The position numbers were made by a program, and so were the translations under genes. The notes below the pieces were generated by a model, which was not told where the DNA came from, did not search any database, and worked only from the letters and a program-made list of their open reading frames with translations. From positions 6,206 through 70,205 of the forward strand of contig JAUCBJ010006179.1 of NCBI GenBank assembly GCA_032718475.1: DNA of 64,000 nt, written 5' to 3'. The DNA is from Nemertoderma westbladi. Lineage: Eukaryota; Animalia; Xenacoelomorpha. Below, in pieces: positions 27,691 through 40,914 of this stretch (positions are counted from its first letter, which is position 1; every line of letters begins with the position of its first letter).

Positions 27691-29237
27691 GGTACTACTC
27701 TGTTATGGGTACCCACTTTTTAAACAAATTGTTTCATATGAAAATGGCTTTTATTATGAGGTTTTTTGTTCTAGAACAAATATTTAACTTTCTGCCAGTA
27801 CGATGGTAGCTAGTAATTTTGATTTTGTATTAGCTAGTATTTTTTATTAGCTAGTTAAAAAAAATTTAATTGAAAAATTGAAAAAAAATTTACCACGTTT
27901 TTTCTTGTAAAAATTTATTTTATTATGAGGTTTTTTTTATCTAGAACAAATATTTGACCTTCTGACAGTAAGATGGTAGCTAGTACTTTTGATTTTGTGT
28001 TAGCTAGTACTATTTATTAGCTAGTAATGTAAGATATACTGGTAATTTAATTCTCAATTATATATTTGCATGGAATAATTTATGAGTCATGGTGTAGCTA
28101 GTAATTTTTATTTGATAGTCAAAGTAGCTAGTAATTATTCACTAGCTAGTTTTTTATATTTTATACAAAATATAGTTTTTACTTATTTTACTTATTTAGG
28201 CATATTTTAATTATTACTAGATTTATTTATCTTTTTATTAACTTGGGAGGTAAAATTATAATTCAAAATAATGCACATTTTTTTATATAATTATATGCAA
28301 TTAAATTTTATTATTATATTACATTGACCAAATCCATAAAACCAAAATTAAATATAAAACTGCACCAGCATCCCACCACCAATCAGAACAAAACAATTAA
28401 GACAATAAAATTTAACATACAATTAAAAATGGTGCACCGTGAATTATTAATGGTCTGCGAGGTCATTCCCCCGCAGACCCGCACCATCCCCAAAGCCCAG
28501 CAGCGCCCTCCAGGGACGCCGGCCACCACGCAAACAGAGGGAGTTGGAGCGGAGGAGCGCGAACTGAAGCCGCCTCCGAACTCCCCCGAGAACGCAGGCT
28601 AGGCCACGATCCCGCATCCCCTGCCGCCGAGCCACAAGGGTCTCAGCGAGGTGGCTGATGAAGGTATCTGTTTTATCTTAATTTATCTTTTTATTAGTCA
28701 CTTCGAGAATATATTGATGATATGGAAATTGTCTAAATAAAAGGGGCACTACAAAATTTATTTTGTAATTTTAAGATCACTAGCTACCTTTAAAAACACT
28801 ACCGGTAGCTACCATAATAAAAAATAATAGCTAACCTCTCTCAGAAGGTGAAATAATTTATGTTCTAGAACAAAAAACCATCTTGATAATATCCATTAAC
28901 ATGGTCCAAAATATTATTTTGTAATTTTAAGATCACTAGCTACCTTAATAAAAAATAATAGGTAACCTCTCTCAGAAGGTGAAATTTATGTTCTAGAACG
29001 AAAAACATCATGATAATATGCAATAACATGGTAAAAAAATTGATCAAAAATTAGGTACCAAAAATTTGGTTTTGTAAGTAGCTACCTAAAAGAAATCACT
29101 AGCTACCATAAAAAAACAATAGCTAACGTCTAACAGAAGATGACATTAATGTTCTAAAACAAAAAACCTCAAGATAATAGCCATTAACATGGTCAAATAA
29201 ACGGTCAAAAAGTGGGTACCCATAACATAGTAGTACC
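27691..29237. mobile_element. Non-autonomous DNA transposon with 9-bp TSD (MULE- or Merlin-like) carrying a GC-rich captured fragment
   Basis: TIR GGTACTACTCTGTTATGGGTACCCACTTTTT / AAAAAGTGGGTACCCATAACATAGTAGTACC; GGTTTCGAC duplicated at 27682-27690 and 29238-29246; subterminal TAGCTA repeats; TIR fragment also near 40076-40128. Confidence 0.88.
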
Positions 29238-29359
29238 GGTTTCGACATGACGAACTACAGTAGTACCCTATTTACGTTTCAAAAGACGAAATATTTCTCA
29301 TAATAGGACAATCGAAGGTGAAACATCCCAACATCATGTACTGTTGTTTAATCGGCGCT

Positions 29360-30600
29360 ATATGATGGATGAGTCGTGTCTGTTTTGCCGAAAAACATCT
29401 GGAACACTAATCACTGGAGGACCTATTCGCATGAAGAACATCATAGCTTGTAGTGCAGCCCGTGAAATTGATAACCACAATGAGATTCTTCAGTGAAAAC
29501 GATTCGGAACTGAATGTTATTTTTCACAAACAGCGCATTTCTGCATATACTTCGAAACAACATATAGAGCGTGAGTTAAAAAGACGACACATTTCCAACT
29601 CACAGAAATTACCAGAATCACACCTGTGAAACAATTGAGTTCTGATGTGCTAATAAAAAATATGAGTGCGATTGTGTCATATGTGGTAAAGTTTGTCTAA
29701 CGAAAGATGATAGTCATCCTAATCGCATCCTAATCATCCTAATTTGGGTGTTACCCCACCACATATGCAATATATTTGCCTTGAGTGTGGATAACATGTT
29801 TGATTCTGGGTTAGTGGAAGATGATGAAGAACGTGAAGGTGATTTAAAACGACATAAAGAGGAAGGCACTAAGCAGCAGGATCTTGATGCCGGTGATAGA
29901 ATCAGTATACTTCGAACATTAAAAAAGTGCAGGGATCCATTTGGCTTTAATGACACTAATAAGTTGATCATATTGTGAACGGTCGTATAGCTCCACCAGA
30001 AGTCAATGTCGATAATGCCGTAGAGTTGGAGTCGGCAAGGGCATTCAAATCAACTCTCCCAAATGGTTTCTACCAGAGAATAACACGCTCAGTTTTAACT
30101 ATGGATTTGAAACCCTCACGTGGCAAACGTGGTTGCAAGACCTATGATATGGAGAGATTATAGGCAAATAGGCCTCTCATTCATTATACACCTCTATGGT
30201 GGTGGCATATCCGATACTCTGAAGGAACTTCGACATAGGCTATTCACTACAAAGAAGCAACACCCTAAAGTATTCAACCTTGCCCCACACAGCGTGCCAC
30301 TGTACAACATATAAAACGTGCTCGTTTGCAAGATCAGTTTGCAGTTCTTTTGAGGAGAGCTGCTGATGATCCTGCACCTCCACTGTTGGCTGTTAACCAT
30401 AGAAATCTTATTCAGAATAATTAACAAGAGCTGTGGCAATAGGTGCAAGGTCGCAGATATCTCAAAATAAAACCTTGTATGCCGGTTGCTATGGAAAGTT
30501 AGGTTAAGTGCTTTATAAAAAATTCCCCAAAGGTGCCGAAGTGGCACCCGGCGGATGTTGATTACTCTATGGTCCAACTAAAGTTTAAGCAAATAAAAAT
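29360..30600 (+). pseudogene. Heavily decayed DNA transposase remnant, possibly Academ-like
   Basis: Fragments HKEEG..DAGDRISIL..DPF, NGRIAPPEVNVDNA, LPNGFYQRI..TM, LYGG..TLKELRHRLF..LAP resemble Academ-type transposases; many frameshifts and deletions. Confidence 0.45.
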
Positions 30601-30647
30601 GCGTAATGACCCAAAGTCGCGGTGGAACCCTCTGTCTTCCTGACTAT

Positions 30648-30935
30648 TAGTATAAGTCATAACTCTGTGTGGTATTTAAAGCGCAGCATCTAGAGGAACT
30701 GCTGGTATTTCCCTGAAAATAAACATAGATTTTGGAGATTATATAGTAGAGATCAATCGAATAATACAAAGTAGCCTACCCCTCTCTCTGCCATAGAATT
30801 CAGTCTCCCACATACGGTGGGTCATACGCCACCCTAGACTGACTTCGGCTGTGGTCATATTTTGTATGGGCTGTCAGACATCATAAGACACATCAATTAG
30901 CAGGTTAAACTGTTAAAGGTCTAAAAGCGCGAACA
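30648..30935 (+). repeat. Diverged 3' fragment of a BEL-family LTR
   Basis: TAGTATAAGTCATAACTCTGT.. to ..GCAGGTTAAACTGTTAAAGGTCTAAAAGCGCGAACA aligns to 16548-16866. Confidence 0.85.
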
Positions 30936-31153
30936 GAAAGGGAAGGTTTGTTTGACTAAATATAATATAGGATATAATGTGGGTTTACGTCTACTATATA
31001 CAGTACATATACGTAATTAAGTGAGTGTAACAGTATATGAATTGATATTTACAGGGGAAGAAAGGACATGGAAGATCGAATAAACATGGAAAGGGAAAGA
31101 AAATGCCGAAAGATAAAGTTCTTACAGACAAAATGTTCTTCAAAAAGCTTTAA
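30936..31153 (+). pseudogene. 5'-truncated protamine-like gene copy (last 10 nt of exon 1, intron, exon 2 at 31055-31153)
   Basis: Colinear with 40634-40850; exon 2 reads GKKGHGRSNKHGKGKKMPKDKVLTDKMFFKKL*. Confidence 0.85.
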
Positions 31154-32307
31154 TATCAAACAGTTTATGATACCAGCCAACTGTGGCAGTAATTTAGACG
31201 ATTTAAAATAAACAGATTAATTAATAAATTGTGCAGCAATATTATTTGAAACCCTATATTTTTTAAATTACCTATATAAAATCGATAGCTATATGTGATG
31301 GGAAATATAACGCTGAGTTTCCATTACATAAGGTTTACTGACTAATTAATATATATATCAATATCAGAACTTATAAAAGATAGTAACAAACTGCATACTG
31401 CAGTACTATACTGCCAGACTACTACAGTAGTAAATGCTGATGCTGTACTAAATTTAAAAGTAGGCTGTATGCCTTATAAGAGTAAACTACCTAAACCCTC
31501 ACGGTAGGTCACACAGTATATATAACAACCACAAGGGACCCAATATGAAAAGGTCCTACAAACTGTCTTTTCTTGACAAAGTTTCAAAAAAAGTTATTGG
31601 AAATCCCACTCATTGGATATAAACAAGCCCAGGAGTCTGCTTAAATTTAACCCAATAACAGTTTACCGAATTTATCGAGTTTAATCTAACTAACTGGCTT
31701 CGTGAACACATCTGCGATCATATCTTCAATGGAAAGATACTTAATAACAACAGTCCCATTCTCAATCACATCACGAACACAATGGTAATGATTATCAATA
31801 TATTTGTCTTCTGACATACTCCTGGGTGCTTGCTTATAGCTATCGCGGATTGGTTATCCTCAAAAATAGTAACCCAAGTCCAAGTCATAACCCAACTCAT
31901 TGAGCAACAATCGAAATGACGCTGCTTCTTGACACACGACACTAAGAGCAACATATTCTGCTTTGGCTGTGGATAATGCTACACATGTCTGCTTCTTCGA
32001 TCCCCATGAGATAACAACTCTGCCTCTCATCAACTTAAAACAAAATCCAGATGTGGATTTCCAGTCCACTGTACAGCCCTCCCAGGGAGAATTTCCACCA
32101 AAAAAAAAGGTGAAAAGGTAAACATGGGTCATAAAAAAAGGTAAAAAAAAGGTGGTTAAAAATCAAACCTATACCCAGCATCCATATCCAAACCGTATCC
32201 AGAAAACAAATATTACATTTTGAGATAGATGTTATATATCATATTAACAAATCCAATATAATCTTCCATTATGTTAACATATCAGTTTATTAGGGCACCT
32301 AACTAAA

Positions 32308-34772
32308 CTAATCCTTATCAACTCGTTGCCTTTTCCTGCTGCTCGAAGTAGCCAGCTTCACATCTATATCAGAAAGTTCCTTTGCAATAGAGCACAATAC
32401 ATTTTGATGGTCTTTGAGTTGAGTATCTGCTGACGCACGGGATTTATTCGCAATTGAAGCTGAGGTCAAGTCGCAACTGGCCAGAGCAAAAGCCAGTTGA
32501 CTATCGGCGACTCTAATCATCGTTTGTACAGAGACACACAGGTTCGTGATAGTATTATGCTTCTTTGTCAGAGATGATTTGCGGAGTTTAAGCTCCGCTC
32601 TTACTTGCAGTTCACGCTCGCTTTCTTCATCTAAAAGCCGCTTTGTCTCGGCAGCTTTTTTAGTTTCAAATTTATACGCTGCTTCTTGTAGACGCTCAAC
32701 ATTATAGGCAGCCCATGCCTTAGAGGCAGATGCAAGAAGGTCGCTGGTGAAAGCGACATTGTGTGCACCCCCCACCCATTTCACTGCCTCTTGGCAGTGT
32801 CGCAATCCAATGATTGTTGACCTCTTCATGGATGACCGCGACTTATAGATAATTCTTCGATTATCTGCAAAACCTCGTTCAGGCCCGGCGTTTCCATGTG
32901 TTATAGCAGCCATATTGGCTAAGAAGCGACTAACATTTTGATATGCTTTAACTGAAGTATGGACTCGCAGCTGGTTCTTTGTGTCACCCCAAAATACGCT
33001 CACATCCTCATCCGACACATTCAACTGGTCTTCACTAAGTTCTTGAGAAGCAAATTCTTCATATTCCTTGACTACAGTTTGTCCATCTATGGAGTCACTC
33101 GCAGCCACTTTTGGAAACAGCTGTGTCAGATACGTGAGGTAGCGCACACCTGCAGCTCCACCTTCAGCAGTTTGGGCGAGATAAGGATCAACAACTTGTA
33201 GGGAATGAACAGTCTTGTCATTAATTGGGAGGTGATCCAGCAAATATTCTGACATCTTCATAAGAGCATGTCGAATGGCAATTTTCACTTCTGGAGTTTT
33301 CAGCAGATTGTCGGGATCATCGATGGTTCCAAGCTTAAAGTCAGAGCGCCAATTCTCAGACTTTTGGATTTTAAACTCCTTAAGTTTCTTCCCTGAAAGT
33401 TTCTTACCATTGAGGCGCAGGTTTGTGCAAAAGGTGTACAGAAGGTCATACACCAAATCATTGCTAAGGGAATATAATCTATGGATCTGAGGTGTGTATT
33501 TCTGGAGGGTGAGGAGAAAAGGGCGGAATATTGCACAGATATTCACGACTAATTGCAGCATGAGAGGAGTACGCTTGTCAAATATAACATTGTCAATTTG
33601 TTTGAACCGGGCTGTCTTGACAAATTTAGCAGTTGATACATCCCGACTGGTTTTACAGCCTGCAAAGAACACTCGTAGGGCAGGAAGCTGCTCGAGTAGT
33701 CGTGCTGCTACTGGGCCTGTCATTAACCAGCGTGAATCAACATGGTGCAGAATTATATGCTGCTCCACATCTTCTGCTATCTGGACCAACCTAAAGTCTT
33801 CTCGCCGAGCAGAAGAATATTTGAATACAAAATGTACATCAGTGGCAAATCCATCAAAATCAAATAGACCAGCACTGGAAATCGCTGTAAGGAAAGTCCG
33901 AAACCCTGAATGTGCTGGATGCAGGGGACAAGTTCCAAAATCAAACAATGGAGAAAACCCATGTGACTCCAGGTATATATTCACTTTCCGGAAAAAAGCC
34001 TTGTTTACATTGGGACCATCCATGGATAAATAGAGCCAGGAAGACAAATCAATGTTGGAAAACTTCGAAAATAGATGTTCCTCAAATTTTTTCACCATTA
34101 TGTCCGAAGTTGCATGACCAAAGAAAATGGATTGCAGAAACGTTTATAACTCGCCCCTTCTGTGGTGAAAAAAATTGTGCATAAACATCACACTGTTTCT
34201 CCACCTTCGCGTTTGTGGTCTCATCAAAGTGAATACCAAAGATAAAACCATCAGAAATTAACTAACAGCTGCACCTTCTTCTGGGCGAAATAAGGACCAA
34301 GGCCGTGTCCAACAATGTAACTCGCTTTAGTTTGTTTAAGCTGCATCCCTTTGATAACACTAGACGAACACTAGGCTTTCAAAATTATCACACATTCAGC
34401 CTTTGTGCATAGGTCTTTTGGAGACAAGATATGGCTAATTAAAGGTTGCGTAGAGGTTGAGACCTGCACCTCCAAGGGAACCATATTCGAACTAATACTC
34501 GATTGGGATGGGATTGTAGGTGGACCAAGGGTTAATGTCGGTGTTTGGCAGATAGATTGTACATTCCGGATGTGTAGAGGTGTGGCATGGTGAACGCGAA
34601 GAGCGGAAAGGCCACTGCTTTTAACCGACACGGTTTTATTGCAGGCAATGCAGTGAGCCAATCCAGAATCATTCTGAACCGGCCGAAACACTTTCCCAAC
34701 TGTCAGCTCTGGGGATGTCCTGAGTTTTTCGTGCTCCCACTCTACTCGCCATTTGGAAGCGTTGGATGGCAT
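32308..34772 (-). pseudogene. hAT-like transposase (BED-type finger, DDE core, coiled-coil tail), broken around 34250-34370
   Basis: AHCIACNKTVSV..LRVHHATPLH; HFDETT near 34220; LSMDGPNVN; CPLHPAH; SRWL; HGNAGPERGF; 596-aa ORF 32308-34098 is open. Confidence 0.8.
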
Positions 34773-34804
34773 GGTATAATAATATTTTAAAGTTATAAGA
34801 TATA

Positions 34805-35360
34805 AGTTTAATATTATAAAGTTATAATTATAATGCCAGATAATGCCAGAATGCAGTACAACTGTACAGTGTGACAGTAGACGGTAGTGCTGCCTAATAC
34901 AGTATGAATACATCAAATCAAATCAAAACATTATACAGCCTACAGAACAGACTCACTGATATCTTTCAGTTTCTGTACGCCTATTGAGTATTGACAGACT
35001 GAGTCTGAGTGTGTACTGCAGTACTGTGTACCAAACAGAAAAACAGAATGAGTAGGCCTATTGGCCATACAACTGTAGTCATAATATTTAATATTATAAA
35101 GTTATAATTATAATGCCAGATAATGCCAGAATGCAGTACAACTGTACAGTGTGACAGTAGACGGTAGTGCTGCCTAATACAGTATGAATAAATCAAATCA
35201 AATCAAAACATTATACAGCCTACAGAACAGACTCACTGATATCTTTCAGTTTCTGTACGCCTATTGAGTATTGACAGACTGAGTCTGAGTGTGTACTGCA
35301 GTACTGTGTACCAAACAGAAAAACAGAATGAGTAGGCCTATTGGCCATACAACTGAAGTC
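34805..35360. repeat. Tandem duplication (~280 bp x2) upstream of the hAT-like transposase
   Basis: TTTAATATTATAAAGTTATAATTATAATGCCAG... occurs at ~34807 and ~35087. Confidence 0.9.
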
Positions 35361-37368
35361 CTACTAGTAATATTTGGATAAATAATATAAATTGGAAACG
35401 CGCCTGTACCATTAAGATTGTATAACACGACTTTACATATTGATATATCAATATCATCTGGGGTTGTTAAAAAAAAGGTAAAAAAGGTAAATGGCTAGAA
35501 AAAAGGTAAAAAAGGTAAAAAAAGGTGCAAGTGGGAGCACTGACTGTATCACCGGCCCAATCTGCATCACTGAATCCTTCCAACACAATCCCATCTTCAT
35601 TCCCCCTTCTATAGGATAATTTCTTGTCAATGGTTGACTTCAGGTAATGCAAAACTCTCTTCGTGGCAACCATATGTTCAGTTCCTGGATTGAAATGAAC
35701 CTGGATAGAACACCACCAACAACATATGAAATATCAGGTCTTGTAAAAGTCGATAAAATTAATAACCCACCAACAATACTTCTGTATAATTCAGAATATT
35801 TGGGATCAATTTTCTCGGAAGGTGAATTCTGAGAACTAATAAAATCAATACAGGGTGTACTAACTGTCTTACCGCATTCCGAATTTCTTTAACATTGTAT
35901 TAATAAACAGAGTTTGATCCAATGAAATTGAATCCTTATCCCGAGTGATCTTCATTCCAAGATACCATCTCAACTGACCTTTATTATCACAACTAAAATC
36001 GCTGGTGAATTGTTTAACAAATTCGTTGACTCGAGATTTAGTACCTCCAATACCTAAATCGTCTACAAAAACCACAATAAATAATAAACCACCATTGGTT
36101 GATTCATAAATAAACAAACAGAAATCCAAATCACATCGTTTAAGTCCTTTACTACTCAAATATCGGTACAGTGTATCATACCAACTCGCTGCAGCCTGCT
36201 TTAAACCATATAGAGCTTTACTCAACTTACAATACAGAACATCAAATTTTATTTTCCAAAATTTTCCGTATTTTTCAAATACTTTTGGCTGTTCCACATA
36301 AATTTCTTCACTAAGAGTAGCATTCAAGTATGCACTTTTCACGTCAACATGTGAAATCTCATATTCTTTAAGTGCTGATAGAGCTAACATGGTTCTAAAC
36401 TTAGTGGGCATTGAAACATGAAGGAACATTTCCCGATATATGACCCCGATATTGTGGATTATCATCAAATATAAAACCACCATAATGGTCTGGTCTGTTA
36501 TGAGCACGTTGAGGTCTTCCATTGACATTGTCTGGTTGCTGATCAACCTCCTCGACATTCTCCACAATATCGTCAACATTAAGATTATCACAATCTCTTC
36601 CGATAGCATCAACTGACCACATGATCTAGATCATGTGGTAGATCATTACACTCACTATCATCGAAGAATTCACTCAACTCTTCAAACAAAATATCATTTG
36701 CTTCATCCGATGATTCTACACTTCTAGTAGTTTCCCCTTTTGATTCGTTGAAAGTAACACTGAGTGTAACATAGACTTGATTATCACAAAATACAAGATA
36801 ACCTTTGCTTTGACTGGCATAACCTACAAATATACCCTTTCTTCCTTTGGGATCCAACTTGTATCAAGGTCACATATCTTTAAAAACAACCTATGAACCA
36901 AACACTCTAATGTTCCGAATATCTGGCTTAGTACCATAGAAGCGTTCATAAGGGGCGAGGTTATTAGGAAGCAATGATGTTATACATCTATTCCGCACAT
37001 AGCAGGCAGTTTAAACCCAAAACTGTTTCAAAAGATTAGAATCGAGCAACATCGCACGAGCTGCTTCAAAAGCATCCTGAATAATCTCTCAGCCATACCA
37101 TTATGCTCTGGGGTGTGGGGTACAGTGTACTCATGATTAATTTTATTCTCTACACAAAATGCACTCAATATCTTTGAAGAATACTCACCACCACAATCCG
37201 TACGAAGATTTTCAACAACCAACTCCGGTAATCCGACTTCAGCAATATATTGTTTGAATTTATCCATTGCCTCCGATTTGGTCTTGATAAAATACACAGT
37301 AGCAAATCTGGAGAAGTCATCTATAAAAGAAATTACATACCGATAACCACCAAATGACTCAACTTCAA

Positions 37369-37808
37369 TTGGTCTACAGAGATCAGAATACACCAACTCA
37401 AGTGGTTTTTTCGTTGTCCTCTTCGTCTTCTTCGGGATTGAGGCCTTAATTATCTTGGACATAGAACATGGTTCACAGAAATCCAACTTGCTATTCGCCA
37501 TATTTTTCATACATGGCAAACTTGAAAATAATTGTCTCAAATCAGTCTTATTGACATGACACATTAAATGAAGGCATAGGGCACAATAATTGGTCTACAG
37601 AGATCAGAATACACCAACTCAAGTGGTTTTTTCGTTGTCCTCTTCGTCTTCTTCGGGATTGAGGCCTTAATTATCTTGGACATAGAACATGGTTCACAGA
37701 AATCAAACTTGCTATTCGCCATATTTTTCATACATGGCAAACTTGAAAATAATTGTCTCAAATCAGTCTTATTGACATGACACATTAAATGAAGGCATAG
37801 GGCACAAT
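37369..37808. repeat. 220-bp tandem duplication in the Copia pre-integrase region
   Basis: Peptide MCHVNKTDLRQ...YSDLCRPI is encoded twice. Confidence 0.9.
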
Positions 37809-38330
37809 AATTATCATTATTGTCTTCCTCAATGTTTGTATTATCATCATTACATTTTGAACACGCTGCCACCGAATAACTGCAATTCTCAATAAAGAAC
37901 AAATCACTATTGACTGTAAGTGGAATTCCGCCGCAGTTGCGTCCACTGCCACTCCCGCCACAGGGCACCCTCGGCCGGAAACACCAGTGATTGGGGCGGG
38001 GCAGGTTGCTGCCCCCTGCGGACATTGTGATTTAAAATGACCTACTTCATGGCAGATATAGCATTTCCCCTTAAATTTCGAAATTTTGCTTGCAGTTGCT
38101 GCAACCAAGGAATTATCTTGCAAATCTGATACAACATTCTTGGCCTTACAAAAATCAGCATAGTTTATCAAGGCCAGTCGAACTTCATCAAATGACTCAG
38201 AATCAATAAAATTTCTCGCAGTAACGAAATTGTCATATTCTGATGGCAGACCATTGAGGATCACATTTACTAACATTGTATCACTCACTCTGTCACCCAG
38301 GTTGGAATTTATGTAGAGTTTGCTCAACAT

Positions 38331-39900
38331 GTGTGGCGCGGATTAAGGATCCTGGCGCGTAGTGACAGGGGCGTGTGGCGCGAATTAAGGATCCTGGCGC
38401 CTAGTGACAGGGGCGTGTGGCGCGCATTGAGGATCCTGGCGGTCCTGGCGCGAATATGGATGTAGGGTTACGTTAGGACAGTAGGAGGTAGCGTAGCAGT
38501 GCACTGGCAACACATCCCACTCTACAGGTCTATTTGAAATTATTCCATAGGTTTAAAAAGGTTGAAAAATGTCCGCTCGCTTCGCACCTACCTACCAGCC
38601 TACTCTTAGCACTGTCTGGCTGTGGACAAATGGAAACGGACAGATTGAGCATGACCATTCAGCAATTAAAAACATGACTTGTTTCAAAAGTTTTTCAATT
38701 GTCAGATTCTTCAAACCAATAAGACCATGACAGCCTGCATGATTCAGCAGAATTCCCATGCTCGCTACGCTCGCAATTTAATTACATCTGCATTTCTGTA
38801 TTTGAAAACAGTCGGTTTGCCTACTTTAAATGCTGAAATGTTAAAATTTTCGTGCTCGCTATGCTCGCATCTTGATCACATCTGCATTTAAAAACAGTCA
38901 GTTAACGTTGACCTACTACTACTACAACTACCAACTACCAACTTACTTAACGAGCAGCGCGCATATTGAATGTTAACCTAACTTACTTAACGAGCAGCGC
39001 GCATATTGAATATTTTTGGGTTGTCTTAATCTGTTGTTTCATGCATTATTTTCAATATTACTTATTTTTTGAACTTAAACTTATACATTGCATAATCTAC
39101 AGTTAGACCTATTCATTAACCTAACTTTAATCTAACTTACTTAACGAGCAGCGCGCATATTGAATGTTTTTGGGAATGGATAGTACGCATATGGGGGTTG
39201 CTAATGTGTCTTTGGCTGTATATTACCTTACTTGTTATACGGCGTTGAAACTGAGCGTTTTGAGGTTTTTGTTTTTATAATAATAGTACGAGAGCTACTT
39301 AGAGACACGATTAGATTTTTACTTTATGTAAGTTTGGATTAAAATCTATTTTATTCTGGAGACTTTTGTTTTTTGATTTTGTTTTCGACTTTGTTTATAT
39401 TATATTACATATAGGACCTACTTAGAACTATCTATTCTATTAGTGCTTTATTTAGGTGGCGGGAATTTCGAATTGAATTTAATTACTCCATTATGCTTTA
39501 TTAATATAATAGGTCTGACGTAGCCCGGTAGGGCGAAAACGTTCACCAAATCCAGCGTTTTCATTACAATATTCAGCCAGTGTAGACCCCTAATACTTAC
39601 CTATATGCTATATTTTGCTTATGGTAATTTATTATTACTACAACTACAGCACTATCTGACTATTACTGTCACACTGTACATATGTTAACATAATTGGAAA
39701 ATTTACTTGTTCGCTACGCTCGCATTTTAATGTTAAAATACTGTAGGACTACAGCATTATAAACTGATAAATTATTACAATTAAGCAATTACAGAATTAC
39801 TGCAAAATTTCATAGTCAATTGTTGGCTTGGCGCGCATTAGATATCATGGCTGGCGCGATTTTCGTTTAACCAGAACGCGTGTGGCGCGCTTTTTGTCAG
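38331..39900. repeat. Unclassified repetitive insertion truncating the Copia 5' end; 42-bp tandem units at 38331-38452
   Basis: GTGTGGCGCGGATTAAGGATCCTGGCGCGTAGTGACAGGGGC x~3; AACTTACTTAACGAGCAGCGCGCATATTGAAT x3; TGGCGCG motifs recur at 39830-39890. Confidence 0.5.
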
Positions 39901-40400
39901 TAGGCCTATTCCATATAGGTCTGTCACCACATTCAGTAATATTAATGGAAATTTCTTTAGCTCGTGTAACATAATCATTGACATTTTCGCTTGCCTTTAA
40001 TTTTAAACACATCAATTGAGACATTAATCCGTTTCACCCATTCCGCCAGTTGTCTCGAAAGAGACGTGGCTGTTAATAGCCATTAACATGGTCAAATAAA
40101 AGGTCAAAAAGTGGGTACCCATAACATACTGTCGTAATGCCGAATCCCGTTAACGGATATACCTACCACCAAAACCGCCTACCAAATACAATTTTGTTTT
40201 AGCCAATAAGATAATCAGGAGAGTATTGCTCAAATCAACCAACCAAAACTAAGTTCTGGAATTCAAACGATGATATATATAATAGAACGACACATCAACC
40301 TATTTCATTTAGGAGAAAAATTATTTACAAGAGAGATTCTGATAATATTTTTTCTTTAGGAAATACTGTACATAATTTTTAGTAAATACATTGAAAAAGC

Positions 40401-40784
40401 ATGCCTGTTCAACAGGAAGATAGCGATTTAGGGCTGGATAGTTTGCCGAGTTGGGCCATAGATGAAAGGAAAAGTAGGAGCCTATCAAAGAGTGGTAATC
40501 GTTCCACCAGCAGGAACGAAATGGAGAAAAGGAGACGTAAAAAACGAAAGGGAAGTAAGAAGGGAAAGAAGAGCAGGTCTAGGAGTCGCCGAGGTAAAGG
40601 AAGCAGGTCTAGAAGTCGTAGAGGAAAGGGAAAGAAAGGGAAGGTTTGTTTGACAAATATAATATAGGATATAATGTGGGTTTAGGTCTACTATATACAG
40701 TACATATTCCTAATTACGTGATTGTAACAGTATATGAATTGATATTTACAGGGGAAGAAAGGACGGGGAAGATCGAAGAAATGA
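40401..40784 (+). CDS. Protamine-like small basic protein, 91 aa, two exons (40401-40643, 40752-40784)
   Basis: Acidic leader MPVQQEDSDLGLDSLPSWAIDE then K/R/S/G-rich body KRRRKKRKGSKKGKKSRSRSRRGKGSRSRSRRGKGKKGK; phase-0 intron AAG|GTTTGT..TTTACAG|GGG; exon 2 GKKGRGRSKK*; intron conserved in paralogs. Confidence 0.78.
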
Positions 40785-40914
40785 TGAAAATGAAAGAAAT
40801 TGCCGAGAGATAAAGTTCTTACAGACAAAATGTTCTTCAAAAAGCTTTAATATCGAACAGTTTACGATACCGGCCAACTGTGGCAGTAATTTAGACGATT
40901 TACAATAAACAGAT

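Larger units (their letters stand above)
32074..35542 (-). mobile_element. hAT-like DNA transposon with 6-bp TSD inserted in the Copia RNase H
   Basis: Termini CAGCCCTCCCA / TGGGAGCACTG, subterminal AAAAAAGGT repeats, ACTGTA on both flanks; removing it restores WAGDTVDWKSTSG. Confidence 0.88.
31294..38330 (-). mobile_element. Decayed Ty1/Copia LTR retrotransposon, 5'-truncated, split by a hAT-like insertion
   Basis: Gag ILNGLPSEYD and CYICHEVGHFKSQC; integrase LELVYSDLC, FIDDFSR, LRTDCGGEY, PEHNGMAER; GIFVGY; RT HVDVKSAYLNA, LYGLKQA, FVDD; RNase H FSDADWAGD..KSTSG..ALSTAKAEY; probable 3' LTR ~31294-31605. Confidence 0.9.

Noticed and set aside
40462-40653. Alternative-frame ORF MKGKVGAY.. 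(also 16943-17137)
   Set aside because: Off-frame reading of the purine-rich protamine-like exon; the splice phase fits the 40401 frame
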